This document shows, piece after piece, positions 1 through 9,477 of a DNA stretch of 32,000 nucleotides (positions within the stretch are counted from its first letter, which is position 1; each line of letters begins with the position of its first letter). Under the pieces are notes generated by a model, which worked only from the letters and a program-made list of their open reading frames with translations, was not told where the DNA came from and ran no database searches. The translations under genes and the position numbers were made by a program. Source of the stretch: Candidatus Electrothrix yaqonensis (GTDB taxonomy: Bacteria; Desulfobacterota; Desulfobulbia; Desulfobulbales; Desulfobulbaceae); contig CP178758.1 of the NCBI GenBank assembly GCA_047651235.1, positions 1,290,001 through 1,322,000 on the forward strand, written 5' to 3'.

Positions 1-339
1 GAGCGCGGGCTGGGCTGGATAGGCGTGGGCATGACCTGCCGCCTGCTGCTGATTGCTCTGCTTGTCGGCACAACGAAATCTCTGACTGTCCTGGACCGCT
101 CAGCAAAAAAGGCGATTCAGCGGATCATGGGACTCCGGGACAACACCTGTATCGGAGCTGTCTACCCGTGGAAGACGTGGCTTTTTGTTATTCTGATGAT
201 GTCTTCCGGCATTGCCCTGCGCAGCCTGACCGAACCCGGCCTGTTTATCGGCAGTGTGTATTTTGCCGTGGGCTGGGGGCTCCTGCTGTCCAGCCGTCAC
301 GGCTGGCTCCAGTGGCTGCGGCAGATGCGTCATGGTTGA
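1..339 (+). CDS. hypothetical small integral membrane protein; the 5' end may lie outside the window
   Basis: Frame 1 is open from base 1, with GTG at 25 and ATG at 31. Hydrophobic segments are LLLIALLVG, WLFVILMMSSGIAL and FIGSVYFAVGWGLLL. Codon pattern resembles the neighbouring genes. No family recognised. Confidence 0.4.
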   Translation, partial: ERGLGWIGVGMTCRLLLIALLVGTTKSLTVLDRSAKKAIQRIMGLRDNTCIGAVYPWKTWLFVILMMSSGIALRSLTEPGLFIGSVYFAVGWGLLLSSRHGWLQWLRQMRHG

Positions 340-590
340 CTCTCCTGAGCCGGATCAGGATATTTTTCAATAATCCGAAGATCCAACGATCCACGCACAC
401 CATTCTCTTCTGCAGAAAACGTCGGCTGAGCTTTTCCACCGGAGAATGAACAGGGTGAACGGGAAGAATCCGCAGACCGGAAATCGGTGATCCGGAGTTC
501 ACTTCCGAACTAAAGTGCCATTAGTACATCAAAAATATATATCATATTAACGGTATCGAAGATATTTAATTCAACAGAGGGAGTGTTCCA

Positions 591-2342
591 ATGAAGTTGC
601 AGGTGAAGTCGCTGTTTCCTTTTCTCCGATGGTTCAAGCTGGTAACCAAGGAGAGTATCAAAGATGATCTTATGGCCGGTCTGACCGGTGCGGTGATCGT
701 GCTGCCCCAGGGCGTCGCGTTTGCCACCATTGCCGGTCTGCCGCCGGAATACGGTCTGTACACGGCCATGATCACGCCGATTATCGCGGCCCTGTTCGGT
801 TCCTCTTTTCATCTGATTTCCGGCCCGACTACGGCCATTTCCATCGTGGTTTTCTCCTCAGTGAGCCATTATGCGGAACCGGGCAGCCAGGAATTTATCA
901 GAATCGCGTTGACCCTCACCTTTCTTGCCGGGGTCTATCAGCTTTCCTTCGGGCTCGCCCGGTTGGGAAGCCTGGTCAACTTTGTCTCCCATACGGTGGT
1001 GATCGGGTTTACTGCCGGAGCTGCTATTCTCATTGCCACGAGTCAGGTCAAGCATATTACAGGCATACCGGTTCCGAAAGGGGAGTCATTTCTCCGTACC
1101 TGGGTTGATCTGTATCAGGGGATGCATAGTTTTAATTTCTATCTCCTGCTCATCGGACTTGTTACTTTAGGGGTATCTTTTGCTTCAAAAAAAATCCTTC
1201 CAAAAGCGCCGAATCTGCTTATCGGTATGGTTGTCGGCAGCCTGCTCGCAGTCGTGCTCAAGAACCTGCAGGTGACAGCCCCGGATGCCATTAAACTGGT
1301 CGGAGAAATACCTGCTCACCTGCCGCCGCTTTCGTCGCCTGATTTTTCTCCTGATACCATCAGAATGCTGGCCCCTGAAGCCTTTGCTGTCGCCCTGCTG
1401 GGCCTTATCGAGGCCGTATCCATCAGCCGGGCTGTGGCCACAAAATCCAACCAGCGCATTAATTCAAACCAGGAGTTCATCGGCCAGGGTTTATCAAATA
1501 TCTGCGGCAGCTTTCTCTCCAGTTATGCCGGTTCCGGTTCGTTTACCCGTTCCGGAATCAACTATGAAGCCGGAGCCAAGACCCCGCTTTCTGCGATTTT
1601 CGCCGCAATTGCTCTGATGGGAATCATTCTGCTGATTGCGCCGCTGACCGCGTATCTTCCTATTGCCGCTATGGGCGGGGTTATCCTGCTGGTTGCCTAT
1701 AATCTGATCGATTTTCATCATATCAAGCAGGTGCTGAGCTTCAGCAAATCCGAGTCTGCTGTCCTGCTGACCACCTTTTTTGCCACCTTGTTTCTTGAGC
1801 TGGAGTTTGCCATCTATATGGGGGTGCTGCTTTCCCTTGTTCTCTTTCTTGCCAAAACATCAAATCCGGAAATTCTGTCTATCTCCATTGATGAGGCAGA
1901 CCACGAGGGGCTGAGAAAATTTATTGATACGGAGCAGAAACCGCTGGCAGAGTGCCCGCAGCTGAAAATCATCCGGGTGGACCGATCCGTCTACTTCGGC
2001 TCCATTAATCATATTCAGAATCGTATTGCAGCGATATCAGATAATGAAGGAATATATAATATTCTGATTATTGCCACCGGCATCAATCTGATTGACTTGG
2101 CCGGTGCAGAGGCTCTGATTGCGGAAAACAACCGGCTGAAAAAAATGGGCGGTGGCCTGTATTTTGTCAATATGAAGGCGTCTGTCTATGAATTTGCGGT
2201 AAAATCGGGTTTTATCCGCAATATCGGGCCGGATCATTTCTTTGACCATAAGAACAAGGCGATTTCTGCGATCTACCGGAATCTTGACAGAAGCAAATGT
2301 TCAGCCTGTCAGCGAAAGGTATTTATGGAGTGCCGACAGTAA
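591..2342 (+). CDS. SulP-family inorganic anion (sulfate) permease with C-terminal STAS domain
   Basis: 583 aa. The N-terminus DLMAGLTGAVIVLPQGVAFATIAGLPPEYGLYTA is the typical SulP signature region. The core is polytopic and the tail is STAS-like (IIRVDRSVYFGSINHI...LIDLAGAEAL). SD AGAGGGAG lies 8 nt upstream of the ATG. Confidence 0.9.
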   Translation: MKLQVKSLFPFLRWFKLVTKESIKDDLMAGLTGAVIVLPQGVAFATIAGLPPEYGLYTAMITPIIAALFGSSFHLISGPTTAISIVVFSSVSHYAEPGSQEFIRIALTLTFLAGVYQLSFGLARLGSLVNFVSHTVVIGFTAGAAILIATSQVKHITGIPVPKGESFLRTWVDLYQGMHSFNFYLLLIGLVTLGVSFASKKILPKAPNLLIGMVVGSLLAVVLKNLQVTAPDAIKLVGEIPAHLPPLSSPDFSPDTIRMLAPEAFAVALLGLIEAVSISRAVATKSNQRINSNQEFIGQGLSNICGSFLSSYAGSGSFTRSGINYEAGAKTPLSAIFAAIALMGIILLIAPLTAYLPIAAMGGVILLVAYNLIDFHHIKQVLSFSKSESAVLLTTFFATLFLELEFAIYMGVLLSLVLFLAKTSNPEILSISIDEADHEGLRKFIDTEQKPLAECPQLKIIRVDRSVYFGSINHIQNRIAAISDNEGIYNILIIATGINLIDLAGAEALIAENNRLKKMGGGLYFVNMKASVYEFAVKSGFIRNIGPDHFFDHKNKAISAIYRNLDRSKCSACQRKVFMECRQ

Positions 2343-2488
2343 GCAGTACGTTTTCAACGGTCGCGTGACGGTCGGTGATATGAGAAGAGTTGTTTTCCTT
2401 TACCACCGGTCCGCCACCGGTCCATCGGGTTCTTCCGTTGGCCGCTTCAGCTCAAACAGTTCTCTTTCCCCTGTATCTCATACGGTTA

Positions 2489-3291
2489 CTATCGTCTTTC
2501 TATCTGATTGCCATTATTCTTCCGGTCTTCCTCTTCCTCCTTCTCAAACCCGGCCAAGGGTCTGCGGACAAAAAACCGCACCGCCCAGATACTGACCTCA
2601 TAGAGCACAAGCAGCGGGCCGGCCATGAGCAGCTGATTGACCACATCAGGGGTCGGGGTAACGACTGCTGCGATAATAAAGGAAATAAGCAGGGCGTACT
2701 TGCGGTTTTTCGCCAGAAACGGCGCATTGACCACGTTTATTTTGGCCAGAAATACCATAAGCACAGGCAGCTCAAAGACGGCACCAAAAGCGAGCAGCAG
2801 ACGAAGTGCAAGAGAAAAATACTCGCTGACCGCAGGCATGGGGTCAAGAAATTCGCCGGAATAGCTGACCAGAAAACTGAAGGCTGGAGGAAAGACGACA
2901 AAATAGCCGAAAGCGGCTCCGCCGAGAAAACAGAGGGTGGAAACAAAACTGAACGGCAGCAGCACCTTCTTTTCATGCTGATACAGGCCAGGCGCTACAA
3001 ACCGCCAGATCTGATGAAAGATAACCGGGGTGGCCAGCAGAATGCCCGCAGTAAGTGCGAGCTTCAGATAAAAAAAAAGCCTTCCTGATACGAGATAAAG
3101 ATCAGGGTTTTCTGCTCCGGCAGAACATCCATTAGCGGCAGGAGAAACCAGTCGGCAAGGGGCCGGATAAACGAGTATGCTGCAGCAAAACCGGCGGCAA
3201 CCGCTGCTGCGGAAATGATCAGGCAGGAACGCAGTTCGCCAAGATGCTCGATAAGTGTCTGTTGAGCAAGTGATTCCTGAGAGTTCATCAT
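2489..3291 (-). pseudogene. tatC: twin-arginine translocase subunit TatC, reading frame broken in an A9/T9 homopolymer (3070-3078); possibly a sequencing error rather than a true pseudogene
   Basis: The N-terminal 75 aa (MMNSQESLAQQTLIEHLGELRSCLI...) are in one frame and end at TGA 3064-3066. The rest (YLKLALTAGILLATPVIFHQIWRFVAPGLYQHEKK...TPTPDVVNQ) is in another frame. Adding one T, or removing two, in the run gives GFF(F)YLKLAL and a roughly 266-aa TatC. Confidence 0.85.
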
Positions 3292-3572
3292 GTACAGTTA
3301 TCCCTGTTAAAGAAAGTATCTGCTGCATTTCAAGCGCATAACATACCCTATTCGTCTCATGATGTAAACAGGCTGCCGCTCCGCTTCTGTTTTTCCGGAA
3401 CCAGCCTCCGGTACCTGCTGCTTGCAGAGAACGAATAATAATTGACGTACCGGCTGGTTCGCTGATAGACTGTTCATGTATATTTCATAAATATCAGGGA
3501 AGCAGCCCGGTCCTTTTCTGTGGCTGAAGAAAAAAGCGTAAAACGGCAATCAACTCTAGGCCCGACATAACC

Positions 3573-4946
3573 ATGCCCCGCATTCTTATTGTAGATGACG
3601 AACTGAGTATGCGCGACTTTCTCAGCATTCTCTTTAAGCAGGAAGGGTATGAAGTGACTGTTGCCCCGGACGCCGCTTCCGCGCTTGCCGTTTCGGAGAA
3701 TCAGGAATTTGATATCGCCATAACTGATATCCGGATGCCGGGGATGAACGGGCTTGATCTGCTGAGCGAGCTTAAACATCGTTTTCCGGGGCTGCCGGTG
3801 GTTATGATTACGGCCTTTGCCTCGCCGGACGATGCGGTTCAGGCCATGAAGCGGGGTGCTTTTGACTATGTCACCAAACCGTTTCATGTTGATGAAATCA
3901 AGAAGGTTGTCAAGGCGGCTGTCCGGCAGAAAAATGCTGCGGAAAAGAAGGGCGGCAAAGAAGGGGATGACACCTTTCCCGGTATTATCGGCTCCAGCCC
4001 GGAGATGCTCAGGATCTTCGATCTGATCAGAAGGGTGGCGCCGACCCCGGCCAGCGTCCTGATCCACGGCGAGTCAGGAACAGGCAAGGAACTGGTGGCC
4101 AAGGCCATTCACGACCATTCCACGGTTGCAAAGAATCCCTTTGTCCCGATTACCTGCAGCGCAATCCCGGAGAGTCTGCTGGAAAGTGAACTGTTCGGTC
4201 ATGTCAAGGGCTCCTTTACCGGGGCTGTGGCTGATAAGGCCGGGCTTTTTCAGCAGGCAAATTCAGGCACAGCCTTTCTCGATGAAATCGGTGAACTTAC
4301 TCCGATTATTCAGACCAAGCTGCTGCGGGTTCTGCAGGAACGCGAATTCATGCCGGTCGGCTCCACAAAGACGAAAAAGGTCAATGTCCGGATTATTTCC
4401 GCCACCAACCGCGATCTGGAACAGGAGATCATGGAAAAACGCTTCCGGGAAGATCTCTTTTACCGGCTTGCCGTGGTTCCTATCCGGGTTCCTCCGCTCA
4501 GGGAGCGGAAAGGCGACGTTCCGCTGCTGGTGGATTATTTTCTGAAAAAATATTCCAGACTCCTGGGCAAGGAGGTGCAGACTATTTCCTCATATGGTCT
4601 GGAAGTCCTGATGGAATATAATTTCCCCGGTAATGTCCGGGAGCTGGAAAATATTATCGAACGGGGAGTGGCGCTTGAATCCTCCAACATTATCCTGCCG
4701 GAAAGCCTGATTCTGTCCCGCAAGGGCGACAGCAGCAGGAAGGAGAAAGAACCGCTTTTTGTTGGTGCCCAGGATGAACAGGAATTATTCGACCGGGGCC
4801 TGGAAGACATTCTGACCGATCTGGAAACCAGAATGATCAGACATGCGCTGGAAGCTGCAGAGGGTTCAAAAATGCAGGCAGCCGACCTGCTCAAAGTCAG
4901 TTTCCGGTCCCTGCGCTATAAAACCAAAAAATATGAAATCGACTGA
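3573..4946 (+). CDS. sigma-54-dependent response regulator (NtrC/AtoC family: REC + AAA+ + Fis-type HTH)
   Basis: REC domain (ILIVDDE...ITDIRMPGMNG). Walker A GESGTGKE. The ESELFGHVKGSFTGA motif corresponds to GAFTGA. C-terminal HTH AADLLKVSFRSLRYKTKKY. Confidence 0.9.
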   Translation: MPRILIVDDELSMRDFLSILFKQEGYEVTVAPDAASALAVSENQEFDIAITDIRMPGMNGLDLLSELKHRFPGLPVVMITAFASPDDAVQAMKRGAFDYVTKPFHVDEIKKVVKAAVRQKNAAEKKGGKEGDDTFPGIIGSSPEMLRIFDLIRRVAPTPASVLIHGESGTGKELVAKAIHDHSTVAKNPFVPITCSAIPESLLESELFGHVKGSFTGAVADKAGLFQQANSGTAFLDEIGELTPIIQTKLLRVLQEREFMPVGSTKTKKVNVRIISATNRDLEQEIMEKRFREDLFYRLAVVPIRVPPLRERKGDVPLLVDYFLKKYSRLLGKEVQTISSYGLEVLMEYNFPGNVRELENIIERGVALESSNIILPESLILSRKGDSSRKEKEPLFVGAQDEQELFDRGLEDILTDLETRMIRHALEAAEGSKMQAADLLKVSFRSLRYKTKKYEID

Positions 4947-5027
4947 CCGGACAGAAGAAAAACGGTCAATATGTTGTCTGTCAAATTTGATGTCTGATTT
5001 CATTTATTCCCATATATTGTATCTCCC

Positions 5028-6767
5028 ATGTCTATCAATAAACTGATCAAAGAGCTGACCCCGATACAGGATACGAGAGAGCAGCTCCGCCGGCATATAC
5101 TCTGGCTCCTCGTGATACGGGTCATGCTGTTCACCCTGCTGATCGCCATCACTGTGGTGCTGCAGAACAAGGGACGCAATGTCATTCTGCCGCCCAATGC
5201 AGTTATCATGGCTTTTCTGTCGGTTGTTTTTATTTATTCTGTCGGTTCCGCCGGACTGCTGCAGGGTAAAAGCAGTCGTATTCAGAGATTCGGTCTGATA
5301 CAGCTCCTTTCCGATACTATATTCGCAGCTCTGCTGGTTCTGGGAACAGGATGCAGTCAGTCCATTTTTACACCGATTTTTATCTTTCCTGTAATCGCAG
5401 GCGGACTGAATCTCAACCGGACAGGAGGGCTTATTGCCGCCGCCGCTTCCTCGCTTCTGTACGGCGCTATTCTGGTTTGCGAGTATCTTGGCTATATCCC
5501 GCCGTTTTATGCACATACGAATTATATTCCCCTGGAACACTATCTTGATGTCACTAATATTTATGCTGTCTACGGCCTTACCTTTTTCACTATCGGACTG
5601 CTCAGCAGCATTCTTTCCGGGAGGCTACGGACAACTGAAGAAGCACTTTCCAGAACCTCTGTTCAGTTCGACCGTCTCAACCGGCTGTACAAGCAGATCT
5701 TTGATGATATCAATACCGGCATCATCACGGTTGACGGCAGAAATCTGGTTACTTCCTGCAATACGGCCTTTGAACGTCTTACAGGCTATTCTACTGAAAA
5801 TATTATCGGACTTCCTTTTGATACTTTTTTCCCAACGATTATTCTGACGGAAACCGATGAAAGCAGGCAGGTTGCTGATCTGAAGCGGCAGGACGGGGTG
5901 AGAACACGGGTCAGGTATACCTTTGCCCAGCTGCACTTGCCGCCGGATCCGGATTTGAAAGAAAATTCGGAATATGCCCGCTGCAAAGTAGTCACTATGC
6001 AGGATATCAGCCTGCTGGAGAAAATGGAGCAGCAGGTCAGAGACAACGAAAAAATGGCGACTATCGGTTCGTTGAGTGCAGCTGTGGCACATGATTTCCG
6101 CAATCCGTTGGCAGCAATTTCCGGGTCCGCGCAGATCCTCAGCGTCCATATCAGGGAACGGCAGGAAAAGTCAGATGATCCGATCGACAGCACCAACCGG
6201 CATCTGACCGATATTATCCTGCGGGAATCCGACAGAATGGAGAAAACCATCAATGATTTTCTCCAGTTCTCCCAGCCGAGCAGCGCCACGCCGGAGTGGT
6301 TTGACCTGCAGCGGATGGCTGCGGAGATAATCCGGAAGATACATGCAAAAAAATCGCGCTATCCCGGATGTACGATCATAACTGAAATTCCGGAACATCT
6401 TGATTGCTGGGGAGACAGGCGGATGCTGCAGACAGCCCTTGTGCACCTGCTGGAGAACAGCTGTTATGCCTCAGCAGACTGCAGTGAACCGATTACCCTC
6501 CGGGCAGAAGAGGACCGCCAGGAAGATCAGTCAGTCATTCAGATTTCAGTTATTGACCGGGGAATCGGTATTGCCAAGGAAATCCGGGAGCAGATTTTTG
6601 CGCCTTTCTTTTCAACCAGGGAAGACGGTACCGGCCTCGGCCTGGCTGTTGTCCGGCAGTTTATCGAGCAACACGGCGGTTCCGTCGCCTTTCTGGAGCC
6701 GGAAGACGGGGTGGGCAGCATTGTCAGAATACAGCTCCCCCTTCCGGCTTCATCTGAGGACGAGTGA
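5028..6767 (+). CDS. sensor histidine kinase with polytopic N-terminus, PAS domain, HisKA and HATPase_c
   Basis: About 6 predicted TM segments in the first ~200 aa. PAS-like YKQIFDDINTGIITVDGRNLVTSCNTAFERLTGY. H-box VAHDFRNPLAAI. N box LLENSCYA. G boxes DRGIGI and GTGLGLAV. Lies directly downstream of the sigma-54 regulator. Confidence 0.85.
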   Translation: MSINKLIKELTPIQDTREQLRRHILWLLVIRVMLFTLLIAITVVLQNKGRNVILPPNAVIMAFLSVVFIYSVGSAGLLQGKSSRIQRFGLIQLLSDTIFAALLVLGTGCSQSIFTPIFIFPVIAGGLNLNRTGGLIAAAASSLLYGAILVCEYLGYIPPFYAHTNYIPLEHYLDVTNIYAVYGLTFFTIGLLSSILSGRLRTTEEALSRTSVQFDRLNRLYKQIFDDINTGIITVDGRNLVTSCNTAFERLTGYSTENIIGLPFDTFFPTIILTETDESRQVADLKRQDGVRTRVRYTFAQLHLPPDPDLKENSEYARCKVVTMQDISLLEKMEQQVRDNEKMATIGSLSAAVAHDFRNPLAAISGSAQILSVHIRERQEKSDDPIDSTNRHLTDIILRESDRMEKTINDFLQFSQPSSATPEWFDLQRMAAEIIRKIHAKKSRYPGCTIITEIPEHLDCWGDRRMLQTALVHLLENSCYASADCSEPITLRAEEDRQEDQSVIQISVIDRGIGIAKEIREQIFAPFFSTREDGTGLGLAVVRQFIEQHGGSVAFLEPEDGVGSIVRIQLPLPASSEDE

Positions 6768-6779
6768 GGCCAGTACAAG

Positions 6780-8063
6780 CTAGCCCGGTATCTGCGCAAT
6801 ATCCGCCCCGACCCGACGCAGTTTGTCCACCATATGTTCATACCCCCGTTCCAGATGGTATATCCGGGAGATTTCAGTTGTCCCGGAGGCAGCGAGTCCG
6901 GCCACGACAAGCGAAGCAGAGGCACGTAGGTCCGTGGCCATCAGAGGCGCGCCGATCAGCCGATTGCCGGGGATGCCGCTGACCACGGCGCTGGCCCCGT
7001 CGATGTTGATTTTTGCTCCCAGCCGCCGCAGTTCGGCAACATGCATAAAACGGTTTTCAAAGATCGTCTCGTGGATAATGGAGACACCGGTGCCGAGGAG
7101 CATCAGGGCCATGAACTGGGCCTGAAGGTCAGTCGGGAATCCGGGATAGGGCATGGTGGTGATATCAACGGACTGCAGGGGGGTAAGGCTTCCGTCTTCT
7201 GCAGCAGGTCGCGAGACAGTCATACGGCGTTTATGTACGTCAATCTGCAGACCGACGTCACGGAGTTTCTCGATAAGAACCGGCAGATGTGCAGGAATGC
7301 AGTCGGTAATTGTCAGCTCGCCGCCTGCTGCACCGACAGCGATCAGATAGGTCCCGGCCTCAATACGGTCAGGGATGATGGATGCCTCGGTCGCCTGCAG
7401 TGAGGCAACACCGGTAACGGTCAGGCAATCTGTATCCCGCCCTGCAATGATTGCCCCCATCCCGGTCAGCATATCGATGAGATTGCCTATCTCCGGTTCT
7501 CTGGCCGCGTTGCGGATCACAGTCTGACCGGTGGCTCTGACCGAGGCCATCAGCACATTCTCGGTTCCGGTCACAGAGGGAATGTCGAAGTACACCGTAC
7601 TGCCGGTCAGGGTTCCCTGCACCCGCGCCTCCACATAGCCGCTCTCAAGCGTTGTAACTGCTCCTAACTGTTCAAAACCGCGCAGATGAAAATTGATGGG
7701 CCGGGCTCCGATGGCGCAGCCTCCGGGCAGAGAAACCCGTGCCCGGCCGGTCCGGGCAAGAAGCGGACCCAGCACGAGCACCGAGGCCCGCATGGTTTTG
7801 ACCAGCTCATAGGGCGCTTCCGCCCCGGTAAGCTCTGTTGTATCGATCTGCACCGAACTGCCGTCCCGTTCCCATTCTGCCCCCAAGGTCTGGAGGAGCC
7901 GCAGCATGGTTCTGGTATCGCGTAAATCCGGTACATTATGGAGGAGATGACTGCCCGGAGCGAGCAGAGTGGCGGCCAGCAGGGGAAGAGCCGCGTTTTT
8001 TGCGCCGCTGACAGCAATGCTCCCCTGCAGGGGATGTCCTCCGTTGATGCGTAGTTTATCCAT
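6780..8063 (-). CDS. murA: UDP-N-acetylglucosamine 1-carboxyvinyltransferase
   Basis: 427 aa. [35 protein letters not shown] is the canonical MurA N-terminus, and length and C-terminus also fit. Confidence 0.95.
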   Translation of the reverse strand: MDKLRINGGHPLQGSIAVSGAKNAALPLLAATLLAPGSHLLHNVPDLRDTRTMLRLLQTLGAEWERDGSSVQIDTTELTGAEAPYELVKTMRASVLVLGPLLARTGRARVSLPGGCAIGARPINFHLRGFEQLGAVTTLESGYVEARVQGTLTGSTVYFDIPSVTGTENVLMASVRATGQTVIRNAAREPEIGNLIDMLTGMGAIIAGRDTDCLTVTGVASLQATEASIIPDRIEAGTYLIAVGAAGGELTITDCIPAHLPVLIEKLRDVGLQIDVHKRRMTVSRPAAEDGSLTPLQSVDITTMPYPGFPTDLQAQFMALMLLGTGVSIIHETIFENRFMHVAELRRLGAKINIDGASAVVSGIPGNRLIGAPLMATDLRASASLVVAGLAASGTTEISRIYHLERGYEHMVDKLRRVGADIAQIPG

Positions 8064-8548
8064 TTTTTATCAGTTTTTTTTACGAGATGCAGGATGCTCC
8101 CGATTCAGGACTGCGGAGCAGATTGCTTATTCGGGTATTCGGATACAATCTTACCATGCCGGTTTATCCCGCATTTTAATCGGATAAGCAACTCTTTTTT
8201 CCCCCCGCCCCTTTGGATGAAAAGCAGAACTTCTTCCGCTGTCCAACTCGCCTGATAAATGCCATGCGATCAGGGTGATTTTTATACAGCTGTATCAGGT
8301 AATTGCTGCAAACAGGAGATAAAAAAGAAGGTGTCTGTGTCTACGAAGAAGCAGAACAGTCAGCAAAACAGACAAATGATCTTTAAGGGCTGAATAAAAC
8401 AAAAAATTGTATAACCATAAAGCGCTTCCGGGTAAAAGATACTCAGAACTGAGACGCAATACAACTGAACTTTGTTGACAGTAACAACGTCTTATTTTTT
8501 ATACAAGAAATACAATAGTTTGAACACCGTCTTTTGAGTGTGAAAAAA

Positions 8549-8564
8549 TGGCATAATTCTGGCT
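8549..8564 (+). promoter_or_regulatory. candidate sigma-54 (-24/-12) promoter upstream of the CAP-domain gene
   Basis: TGGCATAATTCTGGCT compared with consensus TGGCACGRNNNTTGCW. The GG and GC dinucleotides are exactly 12 nt apart, and 10 of 13 specified positions match. The element lies 76 nt upstream of ATG 8639. Confidence 0.3.
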
Positions 8565-8638
8565 TAAACAGTCTAATTGTCATTGGCGGTTTAAATATTT
8601 AAATCATAATCAGTAAATGTAAATGAAAGGAGAAAAAA

Positions 8639-9331
8639 ATGGCGTTCAAATGGACCTTTGATCTGAGAAACTCTGATCCGGTATTTGTTGAAAAGGGCGG
8701 CAGAAGCTACGAAGCCAGGCTTGTGGGAGCACGCGGGACCTGGGACAGTATGCAGCGGAAGATTGTTGAGCTGTACACTGTGGATTATACCGGCTCAGTT
8801 CCGTTTCCTAATGAGGAAGTCACAGTGGAACGGATCCGAAGAGCAGGGGTTGCCGATGTGATCCAGATGGTCAAGAAGGGGGAACTGACCCAAGATATAT
8901 ACGATCTCTCGACGCAGGCAGCTATTGATGAATTTGTTGCTGCTCATAACAAATGGCGGGCCGAGGTGGGCGTACCGCCAGTCACCTGGGATCCTCAGCT
9001 GGCGCGGGAGGCGCAGGAATGGGCGGACAAACTTCTGCGTCTGGATGTGATGAAGCACAGTACCTATGAAGAACGGCATGGCACAGGAGAAAATATTTTC
9101 TGGGCTTCAAGTCCTCATACACCAGCACATGTGGTGGATTCCTGGGGAAACGAAAAACAGTATTACGACTACGGGGGAAACTGCTGCAGCTTGGTATGCG
9201 GGCATTATACCCAGGTAGTCTGGAAAGAAACGCAAAGGATAGGCGGAGGAGTCGCCCGGGACGAAGATGACGTCTACTGGGTCTGCAGGTACGATCCTGC
9301 CGGGAATATGAACGGCAGAAGACCGTACTGA
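8639..9331 (+). CDS. CAP/SCP/PR-1 superfamily protein with an unassigned ~90-aa N-terminal domain and no signal peptide
   Basis: Four CAP motifs are present: HNKWR, GENIF, GHYTQVVWKET and YWVCRYDPAGNMNGRRPY. SD AAAGGAG. An in-frame TGA 15 nt upstream excludes an N-terminal extension. Confidence 0.85.
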   Translation: MAFKWTFDLRNSDPVFVEKGGRSYEARLVGARGTWDSMQRKIVELYTVDYTGSVPFPNEEVTVERIRRAGVADVIQMVKKGELTQDIYDLSTQAAIDEFVAAHNKWRAEVGVPPVTWDPQLAREAQEWADKLLRLDVMKHSTYEERHGTGENIFWASSPHTPAHVVDSWGNEKQYYDYGGNCCSLVCGHYTQVVWKETQRIGGGVARDEDDVYWVCRYDPAGNMNGRRPY

Positions 9332-9370
9332 TCTGCTTCCTGATCCTTCTGATCCATACCGCACCGAAAA

Positions 9371-9398
9371 GCCTGCCGGAAACGGCGGGCTTTTTTTT
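9371..9398 (+). terminator. rho-independent terminator after the CAP-domain gene
   Basis: GCCTGCCG-gaaa-CGGCGGGC forms an 8-bp stem with one G-U pair, followed by T8. Confidence 0.7.
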
Positions 9399-9477
9399 CT
9401 GAAAGATCAGAATCGGTCAGGCTGTAGCGTTCTGACAACACGGTGACAAGTACGATTATCGGTTCTATCTGTGCCAG

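Noticed and set aside
3079-3328. Upstream part of ORF 2489..3328 (MQQILSLTGITVHDEL...) as the TatC N-terminus
   Set aside because: This stretch has no TatC similarity. The true N-terminus (MMNSQESLAQQTLIEHLGELR...) is in the other frame. The long ORF is an artefact of the frameshift.
3409-3426. Sigma-54-like motif CGGTACCTGCTGCTTGCA upstream of the sigma-54 regulator gene
   Set aside because: The GG-to-GC spacing is 14 nt instead of 12, so it does not fit the -24/-12 geometry.
3474-4067. 197-aa minus-strand ORF overlapping the sigma-54 regulator start
   Set aside because: It is antisense to a gene with unambiguous REC and AAA+ motifs, and it has no SD or motif of its own.
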